A DNA stretch of 64,000 bases. It comes from Tidjanibacter sp. Its GTDB lineage: Bacteria; Bacteroidota; Bacteroidia; Bacteroidales; Rikenellaceae. Shown in pieces: positions 1-9,728 of the stretch. Under the pieces are notes generated by a model. The model saw nothing but the letters and a program-made list of their open reading frames with translations, was not told the DNA's origin and did not search any database. The translations under genes and the position numbers were made by a program. The first letter of the stretch is position 1, and each line of letters starts with the position of its first letter. Location of the stretch: the NCBI GenBank assembly GCA_017936005.1, contig JAGBGK010000005.1, forward strand, positions 9,651-73,650, in the 5' to 3' direction.

Positions 1-2
1 TA

Positions 3-308
3 GGTTCGGGCGACCTTGATGTTTTTGCCACACCGGCGATGATTGCCCTGATGGAGAATGCCGCAATGAATGCTGTGAAGCCTTTTTTGGACGAGGGCGA
101 AACCACCGTGGGCGGCGAGATGAACTGCACCCACACGGCACCTTCGCCCATTGGTGCCACCATCGAGGCCGAGGCCGTGGTGGAGGCCGTTGAGGGCAGG
201 AAGATAACCTACACCGTGGAGGCTCGCTGTGGCGACACTATCATTGGTCGAGGTCGCCACGTTCGCTTTGTGGTGAACGCTGCAAAGTTTATGGCCAAGC
301 TGCTCTAA
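3..308 (+). CDS. FlK-like hot-dog thioesterase (5' partial)
   Basis: Frame open from window edge: GSGDLDVFATPAMIALME...TVG...H.AP.P.G, typical of the fluoroacetyl-CoA thioesterase family. Confidence 0.85.
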   Translation, partial: GSGDLDVFATPAMIALMENAAMNAVKPFLDEGETTVGGEMNCTHTAPSPIGATIEAEAVVEAVEGRKITYTVEARCGDTIIGRGRHVRFVVNAAKFMAKLL

Positions 309-334
309 GGGCGGCTGTGTAATATGAAATAGGT

Positions 335-2182
335 ATGAAACGCTACGGAATATTCATTGGGCTTGTGGCTATGCTGGCCCTCTCGTGTGTGCCAACCGAA
401 GAGAGTTCGGTGCTGATTATTGGCGGTGGAGCATCGGGTGTGAGTGCAGGCATTCAGTCGGCGAGGATGGGCGTGCAGACCACCATCCTCGAAGAGCAGG
501 TGTGGTTGGGAGGTATGCTCACTGCTGCTGGTGTGAGTTGCGTGGATGGTAACTACAAGATGCGTAGCGGTATCTTTGGTGAGTTTGCCGACTCGCTTGC
601 CGCCCGCTATGGTGGCTATCCTGCACTAAAAACGGGGTGGGTGAGTAATATCAACTTCGACCCGCATATCGGGGCAGAGATATTTGCCAATATTTGCTCC
701 TCTTGTGGCGATTGGCTGAATGTTCAAACAGGCGTAAAGGTGCTGAAAATTAGCAAGTATAACGAGTGCTGGAAGGTGGCCTATCGGAACAATGCGGGCA
801 AAAGGAGAAACATTGTCGCCGAGGTGCTTATCGACGGTACCGAGTTGGGAGATGTGGCCAAGGCGTGTGGTGTGGAGTATAGGGTTGGTATGGATTCGAG
901 GCGCGACACGGGCGAGTCGATTGCTCCCGAGCAGGCCAACGATGTCATCCAAGACCTCACTTATGTTGCTTTCCTCAAAGACTATGGCCCCGAGGCCGAT
1001 ATGACCATCCCCGAGCCGGAGGGTTATGATGCGCAACTTTTTGCCAACTCGTGTGTCAACTCGTTGAGTGACGAGGAGGCCGAAACGGGCCAGACCATCT
1101 GGTCGCCGCAGATGATGATTACCTATGGTCGTACCCCCGGTGGACGCTATATGATAAATTGGCCCATATATGGTAACGACTACTATGCCAACACCATAGA
1201 CTCTTCGCCCAAAGAGAGGGCAAAGGCTTATGAGCAGGCCAAACACTTCACCCTCTGTTTTGTCTATTTTATTCAGACTCAACTCGGTATGAAACACCTC
1301 GGCATTGCCGACGATGTTTTCCCCACGGAGGATGGCTTGCCAATGTTTCCCTACCATCGAGAGTCGAGGCGCATTGTAGGCGAGGCATTTTTCACGATGG
1401 ATGCTGCTGCCGCTCCGTATGACCACAAGGTGCCATATTATAGAACGGGCATCGCTGTTGGTGACTATCCTGTGGACCATCACCACTTCCGCCACCCGGG
1501 ATGGCGAACTCTTCCCGACCTACACTTCTATCCCATTCCGTCGTTCAATGTTCCCTTTGGTGTGATTGTCCCCAAAGGTGTTGATAATCTGTTGGTTGCC
1601 GAGAAGTCGGTGTCGGTTTCCAACCTCATCAATGGTGCCACACGCCTGCAACCCGTAGTGATGCAACTCGGTCAGGCTGCGGGTGCAACTGCGGCCCTTG
1701 CCGCGAAGAGTGGAAGGCTGGTGCGTGAGGTGCCAATCAGGAAGGTGCAGTCGGTTCTGTTGGATGCGGGGTGCTACATTATGCCCTACATAGACCTGCC
1801 GAAGGAGCACCGCCACTTCAAGGCTCTGCAACGTGTTGGGGCTACGGGTATCCTGCGTGGCGAGGGTAGGAATGTGGGCTGGGAGAATCAGACGGTGTTC
1901 CGAGCCGAGGAACCACTTTTGGCCGAGGATATCCACACCGAGGGGTTCTACGGTGGCGATTTGGGCCTTGAAGCAGGGGTGGTCACTATTGGTGAAATGA
2001 TGGACACGTTGAAAAGATTGGGTGCCTATGTGCCCACTCCAGAGAGCGAATGGTGGAGTTCGCTGGGCCTTGATGACTACACACTCCAAAGGGGTGTAAC
2101 GAGGCTGGAAGCGGCTGTTGTGATTGATGCACTCTTTGAGCCTTTTGAGATGAGGAGTGTGGACTTTGAGGGTAACTTTTGA
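335..2182 (+). CDS. FAD-dependent oxidoreductase (FAD_oxidored family), probable lipoprotein
   Basis: LALSC lipobox-like signal, IIGGGASG dinucleotide motif, IDGTELGD, RESRRIVG, GATRLQP motifs. Confidence 0.85.
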   Translation: MKRYGIFIGLVAMLALSCVPTEESSVLIIGGGASGVSAGIQSARMGVQTTILEEQVWLGGMLTAAGVSCVDGNYKMRSGIFGEFADSLAARYGGYPALKTGWVSNINFDPHIGAEIFANICSSCGDWLNVQTGVKVLKISKYNECWKVAYRNNAGKRRNIVAEVLIDGTELGDVAKACGVEYRVGMDSRRDTGESIAPEQANDVIQDLTYVAFLKDYGPEADMTIPEPEGYDAQLFANSCVNSLSDEEAETGQTIWSPQMMITYGRTPGGRYMINWPIYGNDYYANTIDSSPKERAKAYEQAKHFTLCFVYFIQTQLGMKHLGIADDVFPTEDGLPMFPYHRESRRIVGEAFFTMDAAAAPYDHKVPYYRTGIAVGDYPVDHHHFRHPGWRTLPDLHFYPIPSFNVPFGVIVPKGVDNLLVAEKSVSVSNLINGATRLQPVVMQLGQAAGATAALAAKSGRLVREVPIRKVQSVLLDAGCYIMPYIDLPKEHRHFKALQRVGATGILRGEGRNVGWENQTVFRAEEPLLAEDIHTEGFYGGDLGLEAGVVTIGEMMDTLKRLGAYVPTPESEWWSSLGLDDYTLQRGVTRLEAAVVIDALFEPFEMRSVDFEGNF

Positions 2183-2208
2183 ATTCAAAGTGCAAAAAAA
2201 ATATTGAC

Positions 2209-2239
2209 GAAGAGGTCGGAAACTGTTTCCGACCTCTTC
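2209..2239. terminator. Bidirectional intrinsic terminator
   Basis: Inverted repeat GAAGAGGTCGGAAAC-T-GTTTCCGACCTCTTC between convergent genes. Confidence 0.85.
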
Positions 2240-2249
2240 TTTGTTTGTG

Positions 2250-2810
2250 TTAGAATCTCCAACCGGCCGTCACCTGTAACATACCCGAGTAGACATCCTG
2301 TGTGAGGGTGGAGACGGGCGTTAGGCCATAGCAGTAGCGCCCCTCCAAGACCATACCGAAGTCGAAGTCGTAGGCCATACCGGCAACAAATTGGATGTTG
2401 AACTTGTTGAAGTCGCCATCAACATTGATGTCGGTAGCAGCATCGGTTTTGATGCCCGAGTGGATGAGATAGTCGAACGAGGCACCCATTTGGAGGTTGA
2501 GTCCGTCAATCACATAATACTTACCCACGATAGGCATTGAGATGTAGTTGAGGCGCACTTTGGTGTCGTTGGTGTCGTCGGCCTTGAAGCCCTGCATAGA
2601 GAAGAGTAGGTCGGCTTCGATGACACACCAATTGCAAGCCACGCTCTCGAAGAAGAGGCCGGCGGTTACGCCTTCACGCATTTTGAGGTCCCCCACACCG
2701 TTGAGGGTGGTGAACGTGGCACCCACTTTGGGCCCCCAGGCCCAATTTTGGGCTGATGCGGCCACGGTAACCATCAGTGCCGTAGCACACACGAGTAGAA
2801 TCTTTTTCAT
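2250..2810 (-). CDS. Outer-membrane beta-barrel (PorT/porin-family) protein
   Basis: Start reassigned to MKKILLV (signal peptide); GPKVG, YISMP motifs; C-terminal GWRF. Confidence 0.8.
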   Translation of the reverse strand: MKKILLVCATALMVTVAASAQNWAWGPKVGATFTTLNGVGDLKMREGVTAGLFFESVACNWCVIEADLLFSMQGFKADDTNDTKVRLNYISMPIVGKYYVIDGLNLQMGASFDYLIHSGIKTDAATDINVDGDFNKFNIQFVAGMAYDFDFGMVLEGRYCYGLTPVSTLTQDVYSGMLQVTAGWRF

Positions 2811-2954
2811 AACAACAGTTATTTTTTTATTGGTTAAACATAGCCGCCACGCACTTTTGCGCTCGACTTTTGCTCCAATGAGGGCAAAACAAGTGCCAAA
2901 GGAGACATTGTCAGAGAAAAAATGATTACCTTTGGATGCTGAATTTGAGATGTT

Positions 2955-3902
2955 ATGACTACAGAACAAGATTATAGAAAGGAACAAATGACTCTCACAC
3001 TGCGCCGAATGTGCTATTGGCTGTGTGCTGTTGGTAGCCTATGGGTGTCGCCTGCGGTGGCGCTCTTTATGGGTATCGCTATTGCTCTCACCATTGGTGC
3101 TCCCTATGGTAGGGCCAACAAGAAGGTGTCGAAATACCTCCTTCAAGCCGCGGTTGTAGGCCTCGGTTTTGGTATGAATCTCCACGCTTCGCTGGCGGCA
3201 GGCAAGGAGGGGATGCTCTTTACCATCGTGTCGGTGGTGGGTGTTATGGTGCTGGGTGTTGTGCTTGGTAGAGTGTTGAAGGTAAATCCCAAGAACGCCT
3301 ATCTTATCTCCTCCGGTACGGCCATCTGCGGAGGTAGTGCCATAGCAGCTGTGGCTCCTATTATTGATGCCGACGACAACGACACATCGCTTGCTCTGGC
3401 CACCATATTCATACTCAATGCCGTTGCACTCTTTGTGTTCCCGCCCATCGGTCACGCCCTGGGGCTTACCCAACAGCAGTTTGGCACTTGGGCAGCCATT
3501 GCCATCCACGACACAAGTTCGGTGGTGGGAGCGGGTGCGGCCTATGGCGAGGAGGCTTTGGCGGTGGCAACGACCATCAAACTCACCCGTGCACTGTGGA
3601 TATTTCCGCTGGCTTTGGTGTCGGTGTTGGTGTTTCGCTCTAAGGGTAAGAAGGTGGCCATTCCGTGGTTTATCCTCTTGTTTATCGGTGCGATGATTAT
3701 CAATACCTATGTTCCTCTGCCGGAGTGGTTTACGACCTCTGTTGTGAAGATTGCCCGCAAGGCTTTGTGCCTCACATTGTTTCTCATTGGCTGTGGTCTT
3801 TCGGTGCAGTCCATCCGTAGGGTAGGGGCCAAACCTCTCATTTTGGGTGTGTTGCTGTGGGTGGTTATCTCGCTCACAACATTGGGTGTTGTAATGCTTT
3901 AA
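2955..3902 (+). CDS. YeiH/UPF0324 putative sulfate exporter family membrane protein
   Basis: GTAICGGSAIAA, AIHDTSSVVGAG and TIKLTR motifs; multiple TM helices; TACCTTTG promoter motif at 2927-2934. Confidence 0.9.
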   Translation: MTTEQDYRKEQMTLTLRRMCYWLCAVGSLWVSPAVALFMGIAIALTIGAPYGRANKKVSKYLLQAAVVGLGFGMNLHASLAAGKEGMLFTIVSVVGVMVLGVVLGRVLKVNPKNAYLISSGTAICGGSAIAAVAPIIDADDNDTSLALATIFILNAVALFVFPPIGHALGLTQQQFGTWAAIAIHDTSSVVGAGAAYGEEALAVATTIKLTRALWIFPLALVSVLVFRSKGKKVAIPWFILLFIGAMIINTYVPLPEWFTTSVVKIARKALCLTLFLIGCGLSVQSIRRVGAKPLILGVLLWVVISLTTLGVVML

Positions 3903-3912
3903 TGGGGGGGGG

Positions 3913-4791
3913 ATGACTCGCAGGGAACTATACAACAGGGTGTGGACAACGGTAGCACCACTCTATGACCACCCCGAGCCGGTGGCCATTGCCGAGAGGG
4001 TGTGTGCCGATGTCTATGGCTTCGACCGTTTCGAGATGACACTTTTCCCCAATGTGGAGGTGGAGGGATTTGATGCAGAACGCTTTGCTGCCATCCTCCA
4101 ACAACTCTCCGAGGGACGGCCCGTGCAGTATGTTGTGGGCCATACGGAGTTCTGCGACCTGCGCTTTGCGGTGCGTGAGGGGGTGCTCATTCCGAGGCCC
4201 GAAACGGAGGAATTGGTGCACAAGATTGTGGCCGAGTGGGGTGGTAAGGGCGCAACGAATGATGTCAATGGTGGCTCACGCTCCCTGCGAATTATGGATA
4301 TCGGTACGGGTAGCGGTGCTATTGCTGTGTCGCTGGCCAAAATGATTGAGGGAGCGAGGGTTACGGCTGTGGATGTGTCGTCGGCTGCGCTCACTATTGC
4401 AAGCGAAAATGCCACCTCCAATGGTGTTGATGTGGAGTTTGTCGGGGCCGATATTTTCCGTTTTGCGCCCCCTGCCGAGAGCCTCGATGTTGTGGTCTCC
4501 AACCCGCCCTATATCCCCGAGAGCGAGAGGGCTACGATGGGTGTGAATGTTACCCGCTACGAGCCATCGCTGGCACTCTTTGTGCCCGACCATAGCCCCA
4601 TAGTTTTCTATGAGCGCATAGCCGATGTGGCCCGTGAGGCACTCGTTGAGGGCGGTGGAATCTACTTTGAAGTCCACGAAACCTACGCCTCCGAGGTGGC
4701 AGAGTGCCTTGCCGAGAGGGGCTTTGTGGAGGTGCAGATAACCGAAGACTTTTTCTCTAAACCACGCATTGTGTCGGGCCGAAAGGCATAA
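3913..4791 (+). CDS. prmC: Peptide chain release factor N5-glutamine methyltransferase
   Basis: VLIPRPETEELV, DIGTGSGAIA, SNPPY. Confidence 0.95.
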   Translation: MTRRELYNRVWTTVAPLYDHPEPVAIAERVCADVYGFDRFEMTLFPNVEVEGFDAERFAAILQQLSEGRPVQYVVGHTEFCDLRFAVREGVLIPRPETEELVHKIVAEWGGKGATNDVNGGSRSLRIMDIGTGSGAIAVSLAKMIEGARVTAVDVSSAALTIASENATSNGVDVEFVGADIFRFAPPAESLDVVVSNPPYIPESERATMGVNVTRYEPSLALFVPDHSPIVFYERIADVAREALVEGGGIYFEVHETYASEVAECLAERGFVEVQITEDFFSKPRIVSGRKA

Positions 4792-4808
4792 TTGTAAACT
4801 TGTAATTA

Positions 4809-5321
4809 ATGACTTATACATCAGATAAATACACGTCCAAAGTGCCACGCACCAAGACTCCCGAACAGGCCCTCTCATCGTTGATGAGAATGTGCGCGAG
4901 GGCCGAGAAGTGTAGTGGCGATGCCCTGCGCCTAATGCGCCGTTGGGGGCTGTCGGATGCCGATGCGAGGGGAGTGTTGGAACGCCTTGTGAGGGAACGA
5001 TTTATTGACGATGTGCGCTATGCGGAGGCCTATGTGAGGGAGAAGATGCGCTTCTCCGGATGGGGTCACCACAAGATTCGTGCGGCCCTGCGTGCCAAGT
5101 CCCTCAGCCCTGCCATTATCGAGTCGGCACTTGGCGAGCTTTCGCCCGAAAACAACTCCGAACGCCTTGCGGAGATGATACGCAAAAAGGCGGCAAAGAC
5201 CTCATATAAAGACCTTTACGACCTTAAAGCCAAACTTGTACGTTTTGGAATGAGCCGAGGCTTCGACCTCGAAGATGTCCTTGCGGCTACCGAAGAATGC
5301 CTTCGCGAGTCAGGGCTTTGA
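4809..5321 (+). CDS. recX: RecX regulator
   Basis: FIDD.RYAEAYVR, WG..KIR..L, RGF motifs; follows prmC. Confidence 0.9.
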   Translation: MTYTSDKYTSKVPRTKTPEQALSSLMRMCARAEKCSGDALRLMRRWGLSDADARGVLERLVRERFIDDVRYAEAYVREKMRFSGWGHHKIRAALRAKSLSPAIIESALGELSPENNSERLAEMIRKKAAKTSYKDLYDLKAKLVRFGMSRGFDLEDVLAATEECLRESGL

Positions 5322-6099
5322 GATGTGGTTCCAAGCGGTGGGCAGTGATGCTGTGTAGGAGCATATCGCCTGCGCTGCCTACCATCTGAATACCACAAGG
5401 TGTGAAGGCGATAATCTCCTCATAATCACCCATTTCATCGGTGCGTAACTCGCCCTCTACGATTTGTACACCTGCCATTTCACACGCCCTTTTCATCAAA
5501 TCCCTCTCGGCCGAGGGGCGTGCTCCTTTCTCAATGGCGGTGGTCAGCAACACATCCCCGCGCAGAGCATAGAGTGGGTTGTCACCGGACGATATGAGCG
5601 ACCCTGCACGGTTGGCCCTGAGGGCTATGCCGGAGCCGTTGCGCTGTGCGAAACTGTCGGCAAAACGTGCAGCTGTGAGCGATACGGCAGTTTGGTGCTT
5701 CTCGAAGGGTATTTCGTAGTTGGCAATTGCGGCTTTGGGACGCAGACTCAAAAGGGAGTACCCATCGTAGGGGGTGGATGCGAGGTGGGTGAGTAGCACC
5801 TCACACTCGCCCTCCGAGTCGGGTATGAGATAGAGCGTCAGCGTGTTGCCGTGCTCGGGATAGATGCCGTAGTAGAGTAGCTCACGCACCTGATTTTCAA
5901 TCTCTTCGGCTGTGATAGTTGGCCTTACCCCATAGAGTGCCTGATAGGAGTTGAGGGCGTAGTGCAGACGTAGAGCAACGTGCATCGGCTGATGTGCGTA
6001 GGTGTTGATTATGGTATAGACAAAGTTGCGCCCCAAAAGCATTTCGGGACTCAACTTGGCCTCCTGCCACGACGTTCTATCTCCGTTGAGGTATATCAT
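5287..6099 (-). CDS. Class IV aminotransferase-like (PabC/IlvE fold) protein, degenerate
   Basis: MIYLNG N-terminus and overall layout; PLP-binding motifs poorly conserved. Confidence 0.6.
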   Translation of the reverse strand: MIYLNGDRTSWQEAKLSPEMLLGRNFVYTIINTYAHQPMHVALRLHYALNSYQALYGVRPTITAEEIENQVRELLYYGIYPEHGNTLTLYLIPDSEGECEVLLTHLASTPYDGYSLLSLRPKAAIANYEIPFEKHQTAVSLTAARFADSFAQRNGSGIALRANRAGSLISSGDNPLYALRGDVLLTTAIEKGARPSAERDLMKRACEMAGVQIVEGELRTDEMGDYEEIIAFTPCGIQMVGSAGDMLLHSITAHRLEPHLKALTREGILR

Positions 6100-6100
6100 T

Positions 6101-7168
6101 TTACATCATCATTATCTTCATCAATAGCTCCCTGAGCAACTCGCCCGCATCGGCACCTCCGCCACCAATGCCCTTACTCTTCATATCATACTCCCTGATG
6201 AGGCCCAAGATGACAAAGATTTTCTTGGTGGGATAGAGCCTTGCAGCCTGCTTGTAGCCACCCAGCATAAAGGGCGACACTTTCAACATTCCGGCCAACT
6301 CCGCATCACTTGCGGGGGGCATACCCTTAACCCTCGTTTGCCACTCTTTGTAGTTGATAATGAAGAGTTTTTGGAAATATCCGAAGAGGGTGCTCACCGT
6401 TACCACCATCGGGTTGTTCTTCTGGTTGCGTGCGAAATAGTCGGCAATGCGCATAGCCTTGCCGAACTCCTTGCGGGCCACCGCATCAATGAGCTCAAAG
6501 TTGTTGTACTCCTTGCTGATACCGATGTTCTGCTCGATGTGGTCGGCGGTGATGAGTTTTGTACCCTCGGGCAGACGAGTGAGTAGTTTGTCGAACTCGT
6601 TTACAATCTTTGCAATGTCGGTGCCCATATGGTCGGTAACCATTTTCAGGGCTTTGTCCTCAATGTTACACCCTTCGGTGCGTTTGATGTAGCCCGCAAG
6701 CCACGGAGCCAACTCGTTGTCGTAGGGCTTGGATGATTCAAACACCACGCCCTTGGCCGCCACGTGTTTGTAGAAGGCGGTGCGCTTGTCGACACTCTTA
6801 CCCTTGCAGGCTACCACCAATACGGTAGTTGGTGCAGGCGAAGCGGTGTAGAGCGAGAGGGTGTCAATCTTACGCAGCGAGGCTGCATCCTTGACGATGA
6901 TTACCATCCTGCCACCCATCATTGGCATCTGGCGAGCGTAGTTGATGATGGTGCCCTCGTCGGTGTCCTTGCCATAGACCACAATCTGGTTGAAAGCCCT
7001 CTCGTGCTCCTCCAACAGATTATCCGCCAGCAGGTCCACCAGCGAGTCCACAAAATAGCCCTCCTCGCCCATCAGTAGGTAGAGTGGGGCGAACTTGTGG
7101 GCCTTGATGTCGGCCACAAGGCTCTCATATTGTGCGTAGGACTCTTTGAAACGAACTGCCTTTGCCAT
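6101..7168 (-). CDS. holA: DNA polymerase III delta subunit
   Basis: YLLMGEEGYF, FNQ.VVYGKD, PMM, IGISKEYNNFEL. Confidence 0.92.
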   Translation of the reverse strand: MAKAVRFKESYAQYESLVADIKAHKFAPLYLLMGEEGYFVDSLVDLLADNLLEEHERAFNQIVVYGKDTDEGTIINYARQMPMMGGRMVIIVKDAASLRKIDTLSLYTASPAPTTVLVVACKGKSVDKRTAFYKHVAAKGVVFESSKPYDNELAPWLAGYIKRTEGCNIEDKALKMVTDHMGTDIAKIVNEFDKLLTRLPEGTKLITADHIEQNIGISKEYNNFELIDAVARKEFGKAMRIADYFARNQKNNPMVVTVSTLFGYFQKLFIINYKEWQTRVKGMPPASDAELAGMLKVSPFMLGGYKQAARLYPTKKIFVILGLIREYDMKSKGIGGGGADAGELLRELLMKIMMM

Positions 7169-7174
7169 AGTGGG

Positions 7175-8527
7175 TTAGATTATCTCTTTTGCTATCCTTA
7201 TTACGTTCTCGGTTGAGGAGGTGATTTTGTGCCTCTCGTCGATGCGCTGGCCCACGAGCCACACGATTTTGTCGCCCGAACAGAGGACAAACTGACGTCC
7301 CTTTTCGGCCATCGACATCTTGGCATCTATGAGGAAGTCGCTCACCTTCTTTTCGCCCGTCATACCCAGCGGAGTGAACCTGTCGCCCTCCCTCCAACGA
7401 CGTAGAGTGAGTGGTTCGGTGAGTGTGTCAGCATCCAGCAGGGCGACATTGTCGGGCTGGAAGAGCGAACCTATGTTGTCAATGTCGGTACGCTCGATGT
7501 AGAGCACCGAGTTGCCGCAGTAGATTTTGCTTTTCGCAAGGTCAACCTCCACCTCACACTCATCATCGGTGGCAATGTGTGAGATGATGATGCGCCCACG
7601 GTCAATGTAGGCAACCCTGTCACGCGAGTAGAAGCGCTTGCCCGTTGCTCCTACTCGGAGCGCCTCGCACAGGTTGTCCACCACGTCGCCCTTGAAACCG
7701 TAGTTTTGGCTCAGTAGCTCATAGATGACAAAGCCCAGGGGGAAACCTCGGTCAATCTTCGATGGGTCGATGATGTCCTCGCCTCCGTAGTGCTCCACTG
7801 CCTCGGCTGCAATCTTGCCTATGGCGTGGTTGATGAAGTTTTGTGCGTCGGTCAGGCGGTCGATGTTGCTACCCATTGTCTGGGTAAACGAGGGGACAAT
7901 TTCCCTGAGTCGTGGCACAATGCCGAGCCTTATCTTGTTACGCAGATATTTGGTCGAACGATTGGATGAGTCCTCACGGAAGGGTATCTTGTGCGCCTTG
8001 GCATAGTCGTTAATCTCGTGGCGTGTGGCAAAGAGCAGGGGGCGAATGATGCGCCCGTTGGTCATACTGATACCCGTGAGGCCTTTGAGGCCCGTGCCAC
8101 GCAACAGGTTGATGAAGAATGTTTCGATGCTGTCGTCGGCGTGGTGAGCTACGGCAATGGTGTCGTATCCCTCGTCCAAACAGAGCTCTGCAAACCACCC
8201 ATAACGCAACCTGCGTGCGGCAATCTGCACACTCTCGCCCGTTATGGCCATTTCGCCTTTGGTGTCGAAACGGCGATTGTAGCAGGGTATACCGAGTGTG
8301 GCAGCCTGCTTGGCCACCAAAACTTCGTCTTCCTCGGCCTCGGTGCCACGCAGTTGGAAGTTGCAGTGCGCTACGCCTACGTTGTAGCCCGCCTCCACAA
8401 AGAGGTGCATCATCACCATTGAGTCCACACCACCACTGACAGTCAGCAGAATGCGATTGTCGGCTGTGGCGAGCTGGTGTTCTTCGATGTACTCCCTAAA
8501 CCTGTATGTCAAATCCTCAATTTTCAA
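7175..8527 (-). CDS. tilS: tRNA(Ile)-lysidine synthetase (TTG start at 8527 or 8512)
   Basis: SGGVDS PP-loop, AHCNFQLRG, AARRLRY, AHHADD, RNKIR, TilS C-terminal domain. Confidence 0.95.
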   Translation of the reverse strand: MKIEDLTYRFREYIEEHQLATADNRILLTVSGGVDSMVMMHLFVEAGYNVGVAHCNFQLRGTEAEEDEVLVAKQAATLGIPCYNRRFDTKGEMAITGESVQIAARRLRYGWFAELCLDEGYDTIAVAHHADDSIETFFINLLRGTGLKGLTGISMTNGRIIRPLLFATRHEINDYAKAHKIPFREDSSNRSTKYLRNKIRLGIVPRLREIVPSFTQTMGSNIDRLTDAQNFINHAIGKIAAEAVEHYGGEDIIDPSKIDRGFPLGFVIYELLSQNYGFKGDVVDNLCEALRVGATGKRFYSRDRVAYIDRGRIIISHIATDDECEVEVDLAKSKIYCGNSVLYIERTDIDNIGSLFQPDNVALLDADTLTEPLTLRRWREGDRFTPLGMTGEKKVSDFLIDAKMSMAEKGRQFVLCSGDKIVWLVGQRIDERHKITSSTENVIRIAKEII

Positions 8528-8537
8528 TTTTCAATTC
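8519..8537. repeat. (TTTTCAA)n heptamer tract at murB/tilS junction
   Basis: AATTTTCAATTTTCAATTC. Confidence 0.6.
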
Positions 8538-9563
8538 TTAAAGTATGTTGACTTCGGGACTGATGTCCACTCCGAATTTCTCTTTCACCTCCTTGCAGAT
8601 GCGCTCGGCAAGTGCAACCACCTCACAGCCCTCTGCTCCTCCGAGGTTGACCAACACAAGGGCCTGCTTGTCGTGTACACCGGCACGTCCCATTGCGCGC
8701 CCTTTCCAACCCAACGAGTCAATCATCCAACCGGTGGCTATTTTCAACTTGTCGGGCTGTCCTTCAACCACATAGGTTGGCATTGTGGGGTAGAGTACTT
8801 TGAGTGCCTCCACCTGCTCTCGTGGCAGAATGGGGTTTTTGAAGAAACTGCCGGCATTGCCCGTGATGGCAGGGTCGGGTAGTTTGCCGTTGCGTATGGT
8901 TGTTATGGCCTTGCGTATGGCCAACGGAGTCATCTCGCCCAACTTTGCAACCTCCTCTTGCAAACTACCATAGCCGAGTTTGGGTGCGGGGGTGTGCGAA
9001 AGGCGATAGTTGACGGCTGTGATGATGACCTTGCCTGCCAATTCGTGCTTGAAGATACTCTCGCGGTAACCAAATGCACACTCCGCGCCGGAGATGGTAC
9101 CAATGGTCAGCGTGTCGAGCCATACGACCTCCACACTCTCGATGCAATCTTTGGCCTCCACGCCATAGGCTCCGATGTTCTGCACGGCACTTGCGCCCAC
9201 GCTGCTCGGTATGGCCGAGAGGTTTTCTATGCCCCACAACTCTTGTTGGCAACACCACTCCACGACATCGTCCCACAGGTGTCCTGCTTCGGCACGGATG
9301 ATGACATAGTCGTTACTCTGGCTCACAATGGATATGCCATTGGAGATGGAGTGAATGAGCACTCCACGATAGGGGCCCGTGAAGAGTGTGTTGCACCCTC
9401 CGCCGAGGATGTCCCAACGACCACTCAGAATCTCCTTGCCTTCCGAGCGCAACCACTCCACCAGACTCTCCACCGAGTCCCACTCCACAAGCAGGTCGGC
9501 CGAAGTGTCCACTCCGAAACTGTTGTAACCTTTGAGGCTTATGTTCTCCGTTTTGCGTACCAT
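8538..9563 (-). CDS. murB: UDP-N-acetylenolpyruvoylglucosamine reductase
   Basis: GIENLSAIP, QNIGAYG, FGYRES.FK, GNAGSFFKNP, HDKQALVLVN, PEV. Confidence 0.95.
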   Translation of the reverse strand: MVRKTENISLKGYNSFGVDTSADLLVEWDSVESLVEWLRSEGKEILSGRWDILGGGCNTLFTGPYRGVLIHSISNGISIVSQSNDYVIIRAEAGHLWDDVVEWCCQQELWGIENLSAIPSSVGASAVQNIGAYGVEAKDCIESVEVVWLDTLTIGTISGAECAFGYRESIFKHELAGKVIITAVNYRLSHTPAPKLGYGSLQEEVAKLGEMTPLAIRKAITTIRNGKLPDPAITGNAGSFFKNPILPREQVEALKVLYPTMPTYVVEGQPDKLKIATGWMIDSLGWKGRAMGRAGVHDKQALVLVNLGGAEGCEVVALAERICKEVKEKFGVDISPEVNIL

Positions 9564-9573
9564 AATCAAACCA

Positions 9574-9693
9574 CAAAGTTAATATTTTTTGTAGAATTTC
9601 ATCCTCGGAGTAAAAATAATTATGTTAATTACTCTCCTGAGTAATAAATTGCTTGAAATGGTTTTGAAAATCAAAGTAGAATTGGTACATTTG
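9574..9693. promoter_or_regulatory. Divergent Bacteroidetes sigma-A promoters
   Basis: TAACTTTG on minus strand (9581-9574); TTTG (9663-9666) plus TACATTTG (9686-9693) on plus strand. Confidence 0.65.
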
Positions 9694-9728
9694 TCGGATA
9701 AATATGCACACCTAAAAAACAGACCGAT

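Noticed and set aside
2811-2987. N-terminal extensions in the ORF track (also 27258, 30704, 48379, 50126)
   Set aside because: Downstream ATGs give proper signal peptides or family starts; several extensions cover promoter motifs.
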